Counted from the stretch's first letter, positions 14,082-28,970 are shown. The stretch: 64,000 nucleotides of DNA from Epiperipatus broadwayi (GCA_028023455.1 JAQFVV010000008.1:17732001-17796000); one strand, 5' to 3'. The notes: a model not told the origin generated them from the letters alone. Translations and numbers: made by a program.

Positions 14082-16100
14082 TATAATGATCCAAAAGAAA
14101 GTGGATATTCGAATCTTATGGCATCTATTATATCTGCACTACAAGGGCACCATCTAGGCGTTTGAACCTAGAAAAATTTATAAAATAGGCAGATATGCGC
14201 TGTTAAGATTCCACTTTATTTAAACATTTAGACCGTTAGCCCAATGTCACTAGCTCAGGGAGACACAGAGATAATAAATAACTTGTTTAATTTGCATAAT
14301 ACATATAAAAAAATAAAAGCCACTGCTAGAAATTAACACACAAATAATATTTATTTATGCACATATATAATCATTTTAAATTTGAAGAATAACATTTATT
14401 ATTTAGATTTTAATATTAATTTTTAATTTAAATTATTATTTTAAGATTGTTGAATATGAATGAATTTAATATTTTTATTAAGATCGTTGAGTATGAATAG
14501 ACTACATAGATCTGGATTTGAAAAGAAAATATTCTATCCCTTATTTAACCTTAGGCCAAAAGTTCACAGTCATACCGGCATCAATCCATCTGATACATTA
14601 ATGTATTCAATGTAGCATGAAAATACAACAGCACTAAATATACTATACTGTCAGGAATGGACATCTGAACAATATAGAGAAGACATTGACTCTTGCCCAA
14701 TACAGGAATGTTACATCTGTATGGCAAGAAGAACAATAAAATAAAAACTCCATAGGAAGGGATCGCGGTCCTTTTTGCTGACTTACAATCCCATCCATAG
14801 GCAAAAGGGTTTGTGCGGCGTATACAGCGATTCTGCACGTAGCGAATCTCATACTACATCTATACACCAATATATCTAATCCATTGACCTAATTCAACTA
14901 CAAAATGAATAACCTAAGATTACCCTCCCTTAATATAACTTTACAAACTATATAGCCATTCACGCCCGACTTAAATTTAACATTTAGATACGTTCGCATA
15001 GATGAATTTTATAAAATTTGTTTTATAATGTTGGGTATAGATCGGCAACATAGATTCCACAGTTAAAAACATTTCAAAATAAACCGATCAAAATACAAAG
15101 TCATCGATAATGTCAATTGCAGAGGGAATACAAGAAACCCAATGGCATTCATCATCAATGACCTATATATTCTAATCGAATATGAAAACAATAGCATAAT
15201 TAATTGCTAACTAATCTATGCAACATATCTAGACCCAACTTAAGTTTAATGCATTTAAAGGATTTATACAATAAAAAAAAAATGGAAATGATTTTTATCA
15301 AACGCAAAACATAAAATTAAACATTATTAATTGATTTGAAACTTACAAAAATCAGATAAGAGTTCATTTTAAAATTTAAGTTAGCTTGTTTATTAAATTT
15401 GTCAAACCCTGACGAAAGTTCTTAATTATTTTTTTTTATTTTAAAAATTGTTTAGTTCATATAGCTTACAGTAGAAGAGCTCTCTGTTCCTGGTGTCACT
15501 TCCCATGGAGTCTTTATTTGAAACCCGGTCTATCTGAAGGTGACCTTAGCTGGAACAATCCTGGTATTACAGTCATTTCATTTTTTTAAATGGAGAGAGC
15601 GATATGTGCATCCTATCGCCCTTCTCACAAAATCAAGCTGGCACTGTCAGGAAACTCAATATTTTTCTTTTTATAGTAAATCTCCAGATTGAACGAACAA
15701 AGACATCACTAATCCAAATTTTCGTTAAAGTCTGAGAGGCTTGGTGCTTCCATTGGTCAAGCTAAATTCTCTTTATTCTCTTATCCATTTTTCATCAGAT
15801 TTTTTTAATTATACAATAGGCCCAAGGGCTAGCTTGCTTTTCAATTAATTTATAAAACAATCATTTCCATTTACAAAATATTTTATCTTTAAATCTTGTA
15901 CTTTTTTATAACAAAGTACGTTCAAATACTTTTATTTATTAAAAAAAAATATTTTTAAAGTTTTGCATCTGTGCAAATATATATACGTTTACAACTCTTT
16001 AATTTTTTTTTAGCTTTTAGATTTTTAATAAATTTATTTTTATTTACGAACTTAGTTTTTATTTTAAATTAATGTAATGGCATATTTATATATCGTTACA
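14082..16100 (-). repeat. 5' LTR of the family B element (2019 bp)
   Basis: Starts TGTAACGAT on the minus strand and ends ATCATTATA. About 95% similar by eye to the copy at 10738-13549. Confidence 0.9.
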
Positions 16101-16299
16101 CTATACTTATCCACTCTATCTCATATAACCAATACAAATAACCACATACATGTGAGGAAAAAAAGATCAATATATGTATTTCATTCTGAATTAGTACTCA
16201 TCAGTTGGTCCAGATCATCACACACACATATATAATCAGTGTTCAGTTTATATTATGATAGTAAATCTTCATACTTCTAAATGAGTATGAAGCTCTTTT

Positions 16300-17700
16300 A
16301 TTTTTAAAAAATAAATTACTCCTTCAAATTAAAAAAAACTCATCCCAATGACTACCTTATTTTATTTTTGCAATGATGCATCACTACTTAAAACTTATCA
16401 ATCTCATCATTCTATATCAATAAGAATTATATATTTAAAATAGGCTAATTACCTTTTCATGTTTATAAAACAAAGATAATCAACCCTCATCTCTAATAGA
16501 CCTTCATCCAACCAAAATTGAACAAATACACACAAAACTCTGTACTGAGATCTTTCTCCAGAGATATTCAACATTAAATGTCAAATTTCTTTTATTGTTC
16601 CTCAGTCTGCAAAATGTATTATGCTTTACTGCCTGGTATCTGACTTGATTATTATTAAATTAGACAATAGCTTTCAAAGATTACATTCTAAGTATTTGAT
16701 CTCCTAAAGACATCTTATAATTTCACCTGCAGGCTTATTAATTATTTAAAAACCATTCTGTATCAATCACAAAGTTTATTAGAATATCACTTATTTTCAG
16801 AATTAAGAGGCCTAGTTCAGGATCCCTAATGTGCAATTACCCTATTATAATCACAAGGAATTGCAACTCTTTCTAATTGAATTAACTATTTAGAAATTTG
16901 CAGCTTTCTCTGCATGATAGCTCCTATCAGAAAAATTGCTAATCAGTATTCTCTTATCTCTCATCAATATTTTTCTGGAGATATTTTATATTACAAATAT
17001 CACTTTATTAGTAAATAACATTGTTAAAGCCAAAACATTTTCTTATTGTATACTTAAGCTTCAAGTATCCCCTAACAAACATAAGCCACAGCAATAAGAT
17101 CGGTATTAACAATACCATTCATAATTGTGTAGTAGGGTACCTGTTTCTTTTTGTTAAATATATAAAAAAGCTCTGCTCAATATAATATTTTTTGGGCTTG
17201 CTTATCTGAATCCTCATTTCATCAGTAATATGCTCATGACACAAAGTCTTTATTCTTATTCAGATGAAGTTTCACCTATGTGAATACTCTTAAGTTATTA
17301 ATATTAAAATATTTGGAAAGTTTGATTTGTAATAGTCTAAACATTCAACTGTAGATACAAATTCAGATGTGGAGGACATTTCTCAGCAGGCAATTAGTTC
17401 CAGAGAAATCACGATGTGTAATTCTTCTCTGAATAATATTATTTGCTTTTATCTAACAAACTTAATTGTGCCATCCCTGCATTCTTAGTTCACTGTTGCA
17501 ATTATTAATCCATTCAGCATTTTCCATTTGATTCTTTAATTATATCCATTAAATGTTTGCTTCATAGATTGTCCTTTGTGAATTTCTTTAATCATTACAA
17601 AGAACCATAATCATGTTATTAGTTCCTAAACTTATCTTGACAATCTAAAATCCCCTGATTTTACTTTTAAAAAAATTAAGATATAGATTGGCAACATGCT
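16300..17700 (-). mobile_element. Highly decayed coding relic, possibly gypsy gag/protease
   Basis: The fragment KISDILINFVIDTEW (16753-16797) resembles a retropepsin D(T/S)G context. Otherwise only broken frames; boundaries are approximate. Confidence 0.3.
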
Positions 17701-19246
17701 TTACTTATATAAAAAAGATTAGAGCAGTTCTACCTTTATAATAATGTATCTTGGTCACTGGGAAAATGGTAAAAAACTACCTACTTGCACCCCCCACTCA
17801 AATTGCTAATTTCAATTTTTAAGATATTCCGTAAAAAATAAAAAGCAAAAAAATGATTATCTTTTGCAAAAACAATTAATTTCTAGCATTGTGATATTTA
17901 AAGACAAATACTGCACCCTCATTGAATTCTGCACTCTTGCCCAACTCTATTTAATTTTGTTAAAGAGAATACCTTTTCATTACCAAATTTTTATAACTGC
18001 AATACTGGATCTGTATCACACTGATTTAGGATATATTCTGAGAAAAATCTACAAATAGTTATGACCACAGAAATTCGTCACCCTTTTGGAATCTCTCAAA
18101 CTGCTGCATTTTCTGTACTATGATTATTTGATCCTTTACAGACGTATCACTAACACTGACTATATCTACCTACTTAAAGTAAATATAATAATCAAATAAA
18201 AGACCATTACTGATATGAATTATGTAAAAGTTTTATACCAACTTATTTATAGATAAAATAAAAATTTTATGCCTAAAAAAACTTCTGTCACAATATGGGA
18301 TTATGGCAATAGCTCTAGATAATGGGTTTATACAAATCCCATTTACCATATGTTTATTTGATCACCTAATCTATATTTATAATGTACTAATATTGTTTAT
18401 ATCTTAGAAAAGATTTTTGATCATCCAACAAGATATGTTTATATATAGCATCATATCTATAGATAGCATCATTCTGATTCTATAGATCATGGCCTGAAAT
18501 CAAATAATAATGGTACGATTTATGTTTATTATTTGTCTTATTTAAGGTCTCATTAAAAAATATTACTATTGTATGAATTAGTAAAATGTTGTATTATTAT
18601 CATATAAATATCCTACACTTTAATTTAAAATCACGTTATAACTTAGTATATATATATTGATAACAGAGAAAATCTCCAAGTGTTGAAGAAGTTGAGAAAG
18701 TATAATTATTGTCCTTTCACTCAACATCCTCTTTTGAGATTGATGATAATGATCAAGCATGTATTTAATCATTCTAGAAGTACTTGAAACACAGGCTATA
18801 TTTCCAGATTATCATCATTTTTATGACAATGACCAGAGTTTCAGGGTGCCATCTTCCCTTACAGAAGAACTACCAACGCACACAACCAAATAGGGACTGA
18901 CTTCAACTTTATAATCTCTTATATTTCACTGTCAACATTCCAATCAGTAGCTCAGTTTAGAGAAAGGAATATCCAGTTCAATGATGGGATGATGAGATGA
19001 ATAAAAAAAAAATGGGTTGACTATTTGTGAAATAAAATAAATAACAGGAATAATGAATTATGATGTACTTTTATTATCTTAATAATAAATTTAACAATAA
19101 GAAATAATAAAAAAATACAATAAATATGATTATTCAGGTTATTCTCCTTTTTATCTTATTTGTAATTGATTTGCTCTAATGTTTTGGCTAAGTAAAGGTT
19201 TATCCTGTATATTAATTTTGTTGACAGTAGCTGAACAGGCTTTTGG

Positions 19247-19413
19247 CTGGTGAAGACAGATTTATAGCACTCATAGCCGACTGTATTGTAGCATTTAAAT
19301 GTACAATGTACAAAACTATACATTTAAATGCTACAATAAATCCAGCCACCTGCACCTTTAAATGCCACAACAAACCCAGCCACCCATGAGGGCTAAGAAT
19401 CTGGCTCCACTAG
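19247..19413. repeat. Degenerate MITE-like fold-back (28-bp outer arms, 20-bp perfect inner arms)
   Basis: ctggtgaagacagatttatagcactcat pairs with atgagggctaagaatctggctccactag. The inner arms tattgtagcatttaaatgta (19284-19303) and tacatttaaatgctacaata (19319-19338) are perfect. Confidence 0.75.
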
Positions 19414-21919
19414 CTGAAAGTTCGCTCATATACTGGCAACAAATTAGTATACAGGCTAAATCCTTACTTAGCCAACATTCAAAACATTAGAGCAAACCTA
19501 TAAATATGATTATAAATTAATCATTACAGGGATTAATGTCACTTTTCCATGTGTAAATTAATCTAAATAAATATAAATGTACGACTAATAAAATACATAA
19601 TATCAACTGATTGTTACAGGTATTTTAAAAAATAGAAATTAAAATAAATTAACATACTGTAACAAGCAAGATATGAATAAATCCAAAGTACAATGATATC
19701 ACTCACTTAATACCCATATTATTTATAGTATATAATTTTCAACTATATAAATTATTATTAAGAATACATGTGCTCTTTATTCATTCAAACACAAAATTTT
19801 GTGGTAAAAACATAAGCTTACAAGAATCTATAGAACCCAATAATGTCCTTCACTTTAAAAATTTTGTTTCACACCATGGTATTTTCTTTAGTTATGCAAA
19901 GGGTTCTTTAGTATTTTCCAACCGCTGATGTATTGCCTTGAAGTCATAGATGCTCTAGTCTAAAAAAACCTATATTATGATTTACAAAACCACCGACAAT
20001 GCCAGACATTGTATTACTCTCATATCTGTAATTTTTATAATTGCAGATGAATTTTCAAAAAAAAAAATTTTCTGTATAATTCAGAAATTAAAAATAAAAT
20101 TAATTAATTGTACTTTTTATAATTGCAGAAGAATTTACAAAATAATATACATCAAAATGGCATTATTTATTAGAAAGAAAAATGAAAATTACTTAACAAA
20201 TAGTGTTCACTGCGGTGGACAGGTAGTAAAATCACAAAAGACAGACAAATGTCAAAATTTCCCAAAGCTGTTTTCGATTTTTAAATCTCATGGGTCAAAA
20301 AAATCTAAAAATTTACTCTGCCATGGATTAATCAAGTCAGTGTCTTAGTTGCCATAACAATGTTGTCATGTTATCATCAACGATGTCTACCAGAAGGAAA
20401 ATCGGTAAATGTAAAACATCATCAGTTGAATAATACTAAAGTACCATGCAAAGTTTTCTTTTGTAAATTATATGCATGTCGCATTTTGCAAAGAAATCTT
20501 TAAATGCATCCCATGAGAAGATAGCCTTCAAATCAATATTTTTATTATATTCCAACAACTGCAATTACAACTGCCATCAGTCATAGTAGATTAAAATAGT
20601 CAAAAATTGAATAGCAAAATAATTTAGTATACTTGTGAAGATAGCTTCTTTGAGACATTTATCATATTATATCCTTAGACAAAACAATATATATTATTAC
20701 TGTAGATATTTATTAATATTCTTTACAAAAATAATTCCAAATACTAAGAAATGTTAATCCTTTGGCATTAGCATAGAACTGAACAGAAAAGAGAATGTAT
20801 GTCAAACTGGCACAAGTCTTTTATTTATATTTTCTTTTTCCAGAGACACATTGAAATGAGTGCTTGACAATTTTAAAATATTTATTCAATGTTATAAAAT
20901 AAACTCATTAATTAATAAGACAGGTTTTATATTTAACTATTTTGATGTTAATTACTAATTTCAAAATTAGAAATTATCTTTTTCTTTTTAGTTTCTGTAG
21001 CCAGCAATTATTTTCTTTTTAAACAATGCACTCTTTATAACTTATTATCAACTAATAGTATAAATTCTATACACTTGAGTTTAATGAATATTAAGATTTA
21101 TTACCATTTTACAAACGATGATAATAACATTAAAACTATGCAATATTTTTATAACTGCAGATTTATTTTAATCTTTTGTACAAAGAGATTTATAAACATA
21201 TTTGATTGAATCAATACAAACCAAACAAATAATTCAAAGTGACATAATTTAGAAATAATACATTTCACCAGTATTAAATTTCTCGTTAGTGAGATATGTA
21301 CAATTAAATTAAACTTGTTTAATTTACCATAAGTTTTAAATACAGGCATAATTATTCTAAGCTCCTTTGATTTTGTCTGTGCTTTATAAGATAACAATAG
21401 TGCATTAATGATTGCTAATCTATGCATATAATTTTAATCTTAATTCTAAAATTCTTTATAACTATAAACTAACATATGAGAATGATTAACATAATCTCAT
21501 TACTATATATATATGAACTGTATGTAGAGAATTAATACATAATTAATAATTGGCAGTAGTATTTCCTTTATAGTATATGCAATTGTATTTCCTGATAATC
21601 TTAATCCTAGCAATCAAGATAGCAGGGTAATCTAATCAAGATATGATAAGCCTGCTCAGCAATGATTAATAATCCAGCATAGACAAATATTGTAAATTTA
21701 AAGATTTTTTTAAAAAAAGAATAGGTATAAAAAATAACTAACTATAAAGACAAAAATTATTTAGATAATACAAAACATTAATTCTAAATCTTAAAGAATG
21801 ATATTAGATCATCTAGATTTACTTATAAAGATAGGGAAAAAAGTATGGCAAGAATTTAATTAATAATAAATTTTATTACTAAGTAATCCAAGTTCTTAAA
21901 ATTATTAGTAAAGATTGAG

Positions 21920-22082
21920 TATTATGAAAAGGCAACCATTAAAGTTCAAAAGTTGTATAATGTGGCATGCTTTCAACAGATTACTGCCAGAATTATAGCA
22001 CTATGATTCTGGCATAATCTGCTGAAAGCATGCTTAGTGCATTATAAAACATTTGAACTTTAATGGTTATCTTTTCATAATA
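21920..22082. repeat. 163-bp fold-back palindrome
   Basis: attatgaaaaggcaaccattaaagttcaaa...gcatgctttcaacagattactgccagaat pairs with attctggcataatctgctgaaagcatgc...tttgaactttaatggttatcttttcataat. Confidence 0.9.
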
Positions 22083-25000
22083 TTTGATTATAATGCATTT
22101 TTAAGAATTACAAAGAGAAGTAAACATTTAGACTTAATAAAGATGAACTAAAATAAAATAATCCTACAATTTGTTGCTCAAAAGGTGATTAGATGCTTGA
22201 GCACAAAAATTGCAAGCCAAACACAACACTTTGATTATAATTACAATATGTTTTATTCATTTTTTATTTTCATCATATGGAAATTAATATAGGATACTTA
22301 ACTCTTTAGTCAATTGCTGTGCTAAATTGCATATGCATGGATTAATTTAAAGAGAAAATCTAAATGATAAGAAATTTACAAATAAAGAAAGAGTTTAGAA
22401 AAAAAAAGGATAATAAGAAGATAATATTAACTGACTCCACTTTTAGCTGATCCAGTTTGAACTATTTTTTTTAATGTTGGGCTGATAAAAATGACATATT
22501 AAGGGTCAAAGATAATATTCTCATATACTGTTATGATAGTACAATTTAGGTTAACAACAATTTACGAATGAATTAAATGAATCAAACTGATGTACTTATT
22601 GGATATATTTATGGATATTGAATCAAAATATATTTTTGTTTAATACTTTGTAAACTATCTTTAGATTCTGTTTCTTCCCAAAAATAACACTCTTAGTTAT
22701 TTTTGCTTACGTGAGAGATAACAATTTGCCTAATTCTTTTTTATATTGGTCTTAGATTACCTATATTTCTCTCTATATCATTCTGCAATTCTACTTTATT
22801 ATCCTGGAGATATAGTGGATTTTTTTAAGAATTTGAAATCCTATTCAATAATGCAAAAAAATTACAAAATTTTTGAAAATAAAACATCATGTAAATTGAA
22901 TATTAATAACTGATTATGGCTATTTTATAAGCACATAAATAAGTTGATTTAATCTGTTTAGCTGAAGAATTATTTCCCTCTACTATTCAATCTAATCACA
23001 AATTTTAGAGGGTATATGTTTGCCATACTGTATTTCCAATTTTGTTAATTTTAGATTCTGAAGCAAAAGTTCTGATCTATATTTGATAATTAAAAGATAT
23101 TATTAATTAAATGAGTTTTTTTCCCTCTTAATATTGATCAAGAAAATGAATTTTATTCAAATTCTTCAAAAGTTCTCTCTGTATAATTTGATATATGCTA
23201 ATTAGTTTCTTAAATTGCAAAATTAGTTTTGTAAGAGTTTAATAACTAAATAAAAAAATAAAAAATTGTTTTTTCTTTTATTATTTTAAATCATCATTAG
23301 TAGTTATTCATACATAAGTATAGTCAATCTAACTCCAGAAGAATAAAAAGTTAGTGAATAAAGAAAAGATTTCAAAAGAGATAATCTAATTATTACAATT
23401 AATATAAACAGATAACTAATGGCATAAAGACTCATGATGACTGAAGATATTAAAATTTAAAAAAAGTAGAGACAGAATGTAAGAAAAAAAAAAAAATTAT
23501 TTATTCAGTCATGAATATTAGTAATAATCATTAATGAATTAAAGAAGATGGATAACAACTTTTATTCATCTTTCATAATTATTTTTTATTATATAATTTC
23601 AAAATTAAGTAAAATAACAATAAATGTACACTATTTTAGATTTAACTTATTTCTATAAGAATTTGATTTCAAAATATGTATTAAATATGGATATAATTTT
23701 TAGTTAAAAATCACATACTGCAAAAACATTCACAAATTGTCAGTACAAAATACTGTTTAATAGATCAGAAAGATTTCATGACAAGTAATGCTGTTACAAA
23801 CTATCCTTCATTCATTGAACATGAGAAGGATACAATATATATTGTATAATTTATTTTATAAGTGGATATTTTTCCTAACAAAACAATTTTCAATACATAT
23901 AAATGGGTATTAGTAATTTTAATATAGTTCTTAGATATAATCCTCAAATTTAATAACATTCAAACATATCAAAAATATATTTTATATAGATACATTTTTT
24001 AATCTTTTACTTCTTTCTACTCATGTAATATGATCTCATTTATAACTAAAGACCCATCTTACATTTCAAACTCATAATTGACTTGGGGTGGGGTCATGCA
24101 TATGTAATATCTATACATTTTATAACAGTAGATATATTTTTAGTTTAAAATGATTATTTAATATGCAGAAATAAATGTCTTAAAATATAAAAATTGTGAA
24201 CTTAAAATTTGTTATAATCTTTCAAGCTTTTTACCAATAAGGTAATTACAATTGAACCAATTAAAGATGCAAAAATTGGAATGAGAAATAATGTGCAGTA
24301 TTAAAAAAAAAATAGTCATATGCTAGATTTTGTTATATTGTTAAACTTAGACATCATAGAAAATCATTTGGAAATGATAAGTTTTTCTAAAAGAGGTTGA
24401 AAAAAGGAGAAAAATATTCTACAATTTACTGACTCAGATATGGATGACCATAGAATTAGAAAACAAATTACATTCGAGAACTGAAATGATAGATTACAGT
24501 AGTTACATTTCAAGGACTAAGAGTAAAATTTTGATTTTCACTTTTCTCAGGCAGGTCATTAACCAGAAAACTGCTTTTATTACTATCCAGTTAATGGGCT
24601 TAGTAATAAGAGCGAGAGAAAATTAAGTGTATGCTATTTTATTAATTATTTTTAATGATAATTTTGCACTGAAATTTTTTTGTCAATTCAAAAGTTGGAC
24701 TAATGCAAAGTAGGAAAATGAGGCAAAAGCTTTTATATACAGAACTTACTGCATACTATTATTTGTAAAACATATATTTAGATATTTTATTCTGATAGTA
24801 AATAATTCCAAAAGAACTAGTCTTACAAACATCAATACTCTATGAAAATAATTGTTTAACATTTCTAACAAATTGAAAAAGATATCAATTTATCTTTTGA
24901 CCTTGCCATTCCATTTTCAGAGTCTTATGATGCATCTTAAATCATTTTTTTTCTAGTGTATTATATCATGGCTGAATCTAAATAATTGTTTTCTTATATC

Positions 25001-27938
25001 TTTGAACAGAACTATCCAGCTTTAAATATTCAAGGTCACATTAAAAAAGAAATATTTATCCCAGGCCACATCCAAAATAATAAATATAATACATATATAT
25101 GGTGTTTATAAGTTTTTATCAAAACAATAGACAAAACACAATAATTGTTTATAATCAATATCAAGATTATTGATTAGTAATAGAATTAAAATATCTAATA
25201 AGCATTTGATTCAAATTATTTTATTTTTTCACTCGAAAAAATCAAAACTTTAAGGTGGGGTGCACAAATTCTCAGAATAATTGTCTTAGAAAATAAGAAG
25301 CATGTTTACCAAGAAATCTATTCTTGAGAAAATGAAATGCAATAGCTTACTTTTTAATATCACATCAGCATATAAAGATTCTTAAAGGCTGTCCATATTT
25401 AATTTTTATCAAACTTTTCCAATGTCATTCATTGATAGTCTCAGCTTATTAACAATAGAGCTTCTGCCTTCTTTATGACTAAGATTTTATAAGCTTGGAA
25501 GATCCTACCAGAAGATAGCCTACTAAGAGGATAAGATTAATTTCAAAAAGTTTGTTTTTCAAAAGCTAAATTAAATGTCAATAATAATTTGGAAAACTAT
25601 AAAATTATTATTTTATTAAAAATAATAAAATAACTGTAACTTCATGTGGGAACACAAACAAAAATAATGAAGAAATTATTTTTTGAAATATTTATAAGAT
25701 ACTGTATTTATATTTGGAGGAAAAATTAAAAACTAAATATTACTCACCTACCCCCCTTCCAAGTTTATTAAATTGAAACTAATTTTTAAAAAAATCAGAA
25801 TTATTCACTATGATTAATACGAATTAAGTTTTTATCTCTATACCATTTCAGTCTTCATATAATCTGAAATTTAGGGTGAATTGTATAGTACTTACATTCT
25901 GATTCCTAACTATAAAAAAATGTTGTATGAATTGATATTAAAATTAAAAGTGCATTAATATTAATACCAGTATAAAATATTAATTTATCAAATTCTTTTA
26001 AGAAAACAACAACTGTCAAACCCATTATATAAAGTGATTTTAATCCATAACATGAATCTCCAATGGTTAAATGAAAATATAAGAATATGTCTGGTTACAA
26101 GCCAATATCACTTAAACACAGTCATAAGGACTGATTATTGCTATGCTCTTTCAATCTTCATTTTATCTATAAATAGATAGTAAATTAAACACATAGTTGA
26201 GAATCCATTGCAAATTGAAAACTTACAAAAGTTATGCTATCCAGGATCAGAGAATATTCCAAAGAAATATAAACTTTTAGGGCATTATTCTTAACCCTTA
26301 ACAAAATATAATTTTAATGGCAAAATTAAATTATAAAACTGGATTTCCCTTTCAGATAGACTTCAATTACAAAGTTAACAAAAAACAAAATATTTATTAT
26401 TCTATAATCCCATAATTCTAATTCACATTCCTATTATCTTTACTATCAAAATAATTTTTACATAAATTAATAATTTCAGAATCATAAATCTTTATTAAAA
26501 GATAACTTTAGCCTGCTCAAATATAAACGTATAGCCTTTATTTCTTTCAAGAATATATAATGCAGAACTAAGATATTTATTCTTTTATGACTTTTCATTC
26601 TTAATTCTGCATTATATATTCACCAAAGAAATACAGGCTATAAAATTATGTTTGAGCAGGCTAAAGTCATCTTCTTTGAAAAGAATGAAAAAAAAGAAGA
26701 GAAAAATTAAGCATTTCAATTGATAAAGATTTCAGATTTTGAAGCTATTAATGCTCTTAAAATAAGTTCTTATGATTTTAAAAATAATTGGAATGCGAGT
26801 TGGAATTATGGGCAGATAGAATACTATATATTTGTTTTGTGATGTGTTATTTTGCAAATGAAAAGCTACCTTGCAGGAAAATCATTGATAGTGGACTTGT
26901 AATTTAATTTTGGCTAATAATTTAAATGAAATTTCTGTACTTAGTTTAATAAATTAAAAAGTTTAGCTTCTGACATTTGATATTTTACAGTTTAATAGTT
27001 ATATTATTTTTCGGCTTTCTTATGAATGCATTGCCAAAATTATTAGCACTCTGAAGCAATTAGGCATAGTATCTCTGAGTACCAGTTCAAAATAATCAAA
27101 CACCAAAAAAAAAAAAACACAAGATTATACAAGATATAATTAAATTTTTATATTTTTGTAAAATATATATATACACACATATATAGATTTTAGTGTTATG
27201 AATAAAAAAAAAAAAAGACTAGATAAACATGAAAAATTAATCTATATTGTCAAAAAGAGTATACCTAGTTTTCTTTTGAAAATATTAAATTTAGAAATGA
27301 TCAAATAAAGAATTAAAATCAGTTTTCTTTTGTCAGTTTGAAACCAGATTTTGATTTTTTTTTTAAATTAAATTGATGAAAACATGATAACATCAATTTT
27401 GATTGACATGTTTTTAATTACTATTCTCTAATTTTGGGAAAAAAAAACAAGTAAACTGGTTATTTTCTTTTAGCTTTATTTTGATTAATTACAAAATTTA
27501 TCATAAACATTCTGTTGACAATCAAATCAACAATAATTAAAATTAAAAATTAATCAACAACATGAATAAAAAGAATGAAGATGTTTTGATCAAAGTAATA
27601 CTAGAATCAAGATAACATTTGCTTTTGGATTGTTAGAAAGAGAGAATAGTAGTTTGGAAACCAGTCCATTTGCTAAAGTAAAAGAAAAAAATAATCTTAA
27701 AATTAAACTTTTATTCATTTCTTATATTAGAGCAGTTTGTAAAATGATACCCAAATAGAAAGGGCTTAGGTTATAGTAACTTCCAATAAATATAAAACGG
27801 TAAAGTGAAAATTATAAATTATAATCATGTATAACTTAATCATGTATAATTAAACACTGACACATCACATGATCACCACTTCTTATCCTTACACAAAATG
27901 TTAAAACAGTAGCAACTCTCTCTATGCAGTAATGCCAA

Positions 27939-28149
27939 AAGCCATAGTAATCAATGGATGCTAAGTTTGTGCATCAAAATCCCTATCTAGTAACTATTAT
28001 CCAATATCCCCAGACTAGTTTCTGATTTAAGACCTTCATCAGCGAGAAGCCTTGGATCTGAGAACACTGACTGGGGATATTGCTTGAGTAGGCACTAGAT
28101 AGGGATTTCAATGCACAAACCTCCTAGCATCCATTGATTACTATAGCTT
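27939..28149. repeat. ~210-bp fold-back palindrome (weaker extension to about 27910-28183)
   Basis: aagccatagtaatcaatggatgcta...ccctatctagt...caatatccccag pairs with ctggggatattg...actagataggg...tagcatccattgattactatagctt. Confidence 0.9.
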
Positions 28150-28970
28150 GCACTGGATGACACTATTATATAGAGAGCAGCTAATATATAATTAAGTTGA
28201 ATTGATGATAATTTAGTTCTTTAACCAATTAAGAAAGAATCAATAAAGATTTTCGTAAAAAACAGATGCTTTGCAATCAAGAAGAAAATTGCATTTTTCT
28301 TCTTCTATGAATATTAAAATTAATATTAAGAAAGGGATGTGGCAGAAATATAAAATTGTTCTATATAAAATGATAATTATCTATAACTATATGCATAAAG
28401 CTGTGTGCTATTTTGATTATTTATATATTAAAAGTGCATAATGTGTTGACAGCATAATTCAAACTACCAAATGATTCTAGAGAAGGCAAATAGTGAAATA
28501 ATCTTTTTCAGATGACTGTTAATTATAAACAACTAAAAAGCAATATCTAACTAAGGATTCATCTGCTGCTTTGTAGGGTTAAATATTGATCTATCAATAG
28601 CTAATCACTGATTCCAGCATTCTCTATCAGTCTCCCTTCATTTTTTTTATCTGACTGCCTTCAGTCATTTATTTTAATACAAAGCCTGGTCATCATGAGG
28701 TTTCATGCCGTTTGATATATTCTTGCCTTAAGTGTGATAAAAAGATTGTTATGTTGATGCAACCATACTCTTGTCTAATCACATGCCCAGGAGTTCTGAT
28801 CCAATCTTTTCTTTTTTAACACTGAGAAAAAAACAATGCGATTGGATTAGCTGACTGAAACTATTTAATTGTGATTTTGCATGAGGCAATTTAATCAATA
28901 ATGATTTTTACTATGCAAATAATTTTAATAAATATTCTGTTATTTATATATTGCATCCTATGTATGTAAC

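Larger units (their letters stand above)
10738..16100 (-). mobile_element. Non-coding LTR element (family B): two ~2 kb LTRs, tRNA-Lys PBS, 532 bp internal region, TSD CTAT
   Basis: Direct repeats at 10738-13549 and 14082-16100, with CTAT at 10734-10737 and 16101-16104. The PBS begins 2 nt after the 5' LTR. Confidence 0.9.

Noticed and set aside
12006-14870. Near-identical 75-91 aa ORFs
   Set aside because: They come from the two LTR copies and differ by frameshifts, so they are not conserved as coding sequence. The same applies to 45074-45271 and 54753-55176.
18700-19010. Minus-strand peptide EDGTLKLW resembling a WD40 repeat end
   Set aside because: Seven residues within stop-rich frames and no second repeat.
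19900-20450. Weak 28-bp inverted repeat and the 123-aa ORF at 19977
   Set aside because: The pairing needs gaps and the ORF is low-complexity with no transposase motif; the segment is unclassifiable.
24088-24097. SRE-like ATGACCCCAC in the RNF145-like intron
   Set aside because: A single 9/10 match 10 kb from the promoter is not distinguishable from chance.
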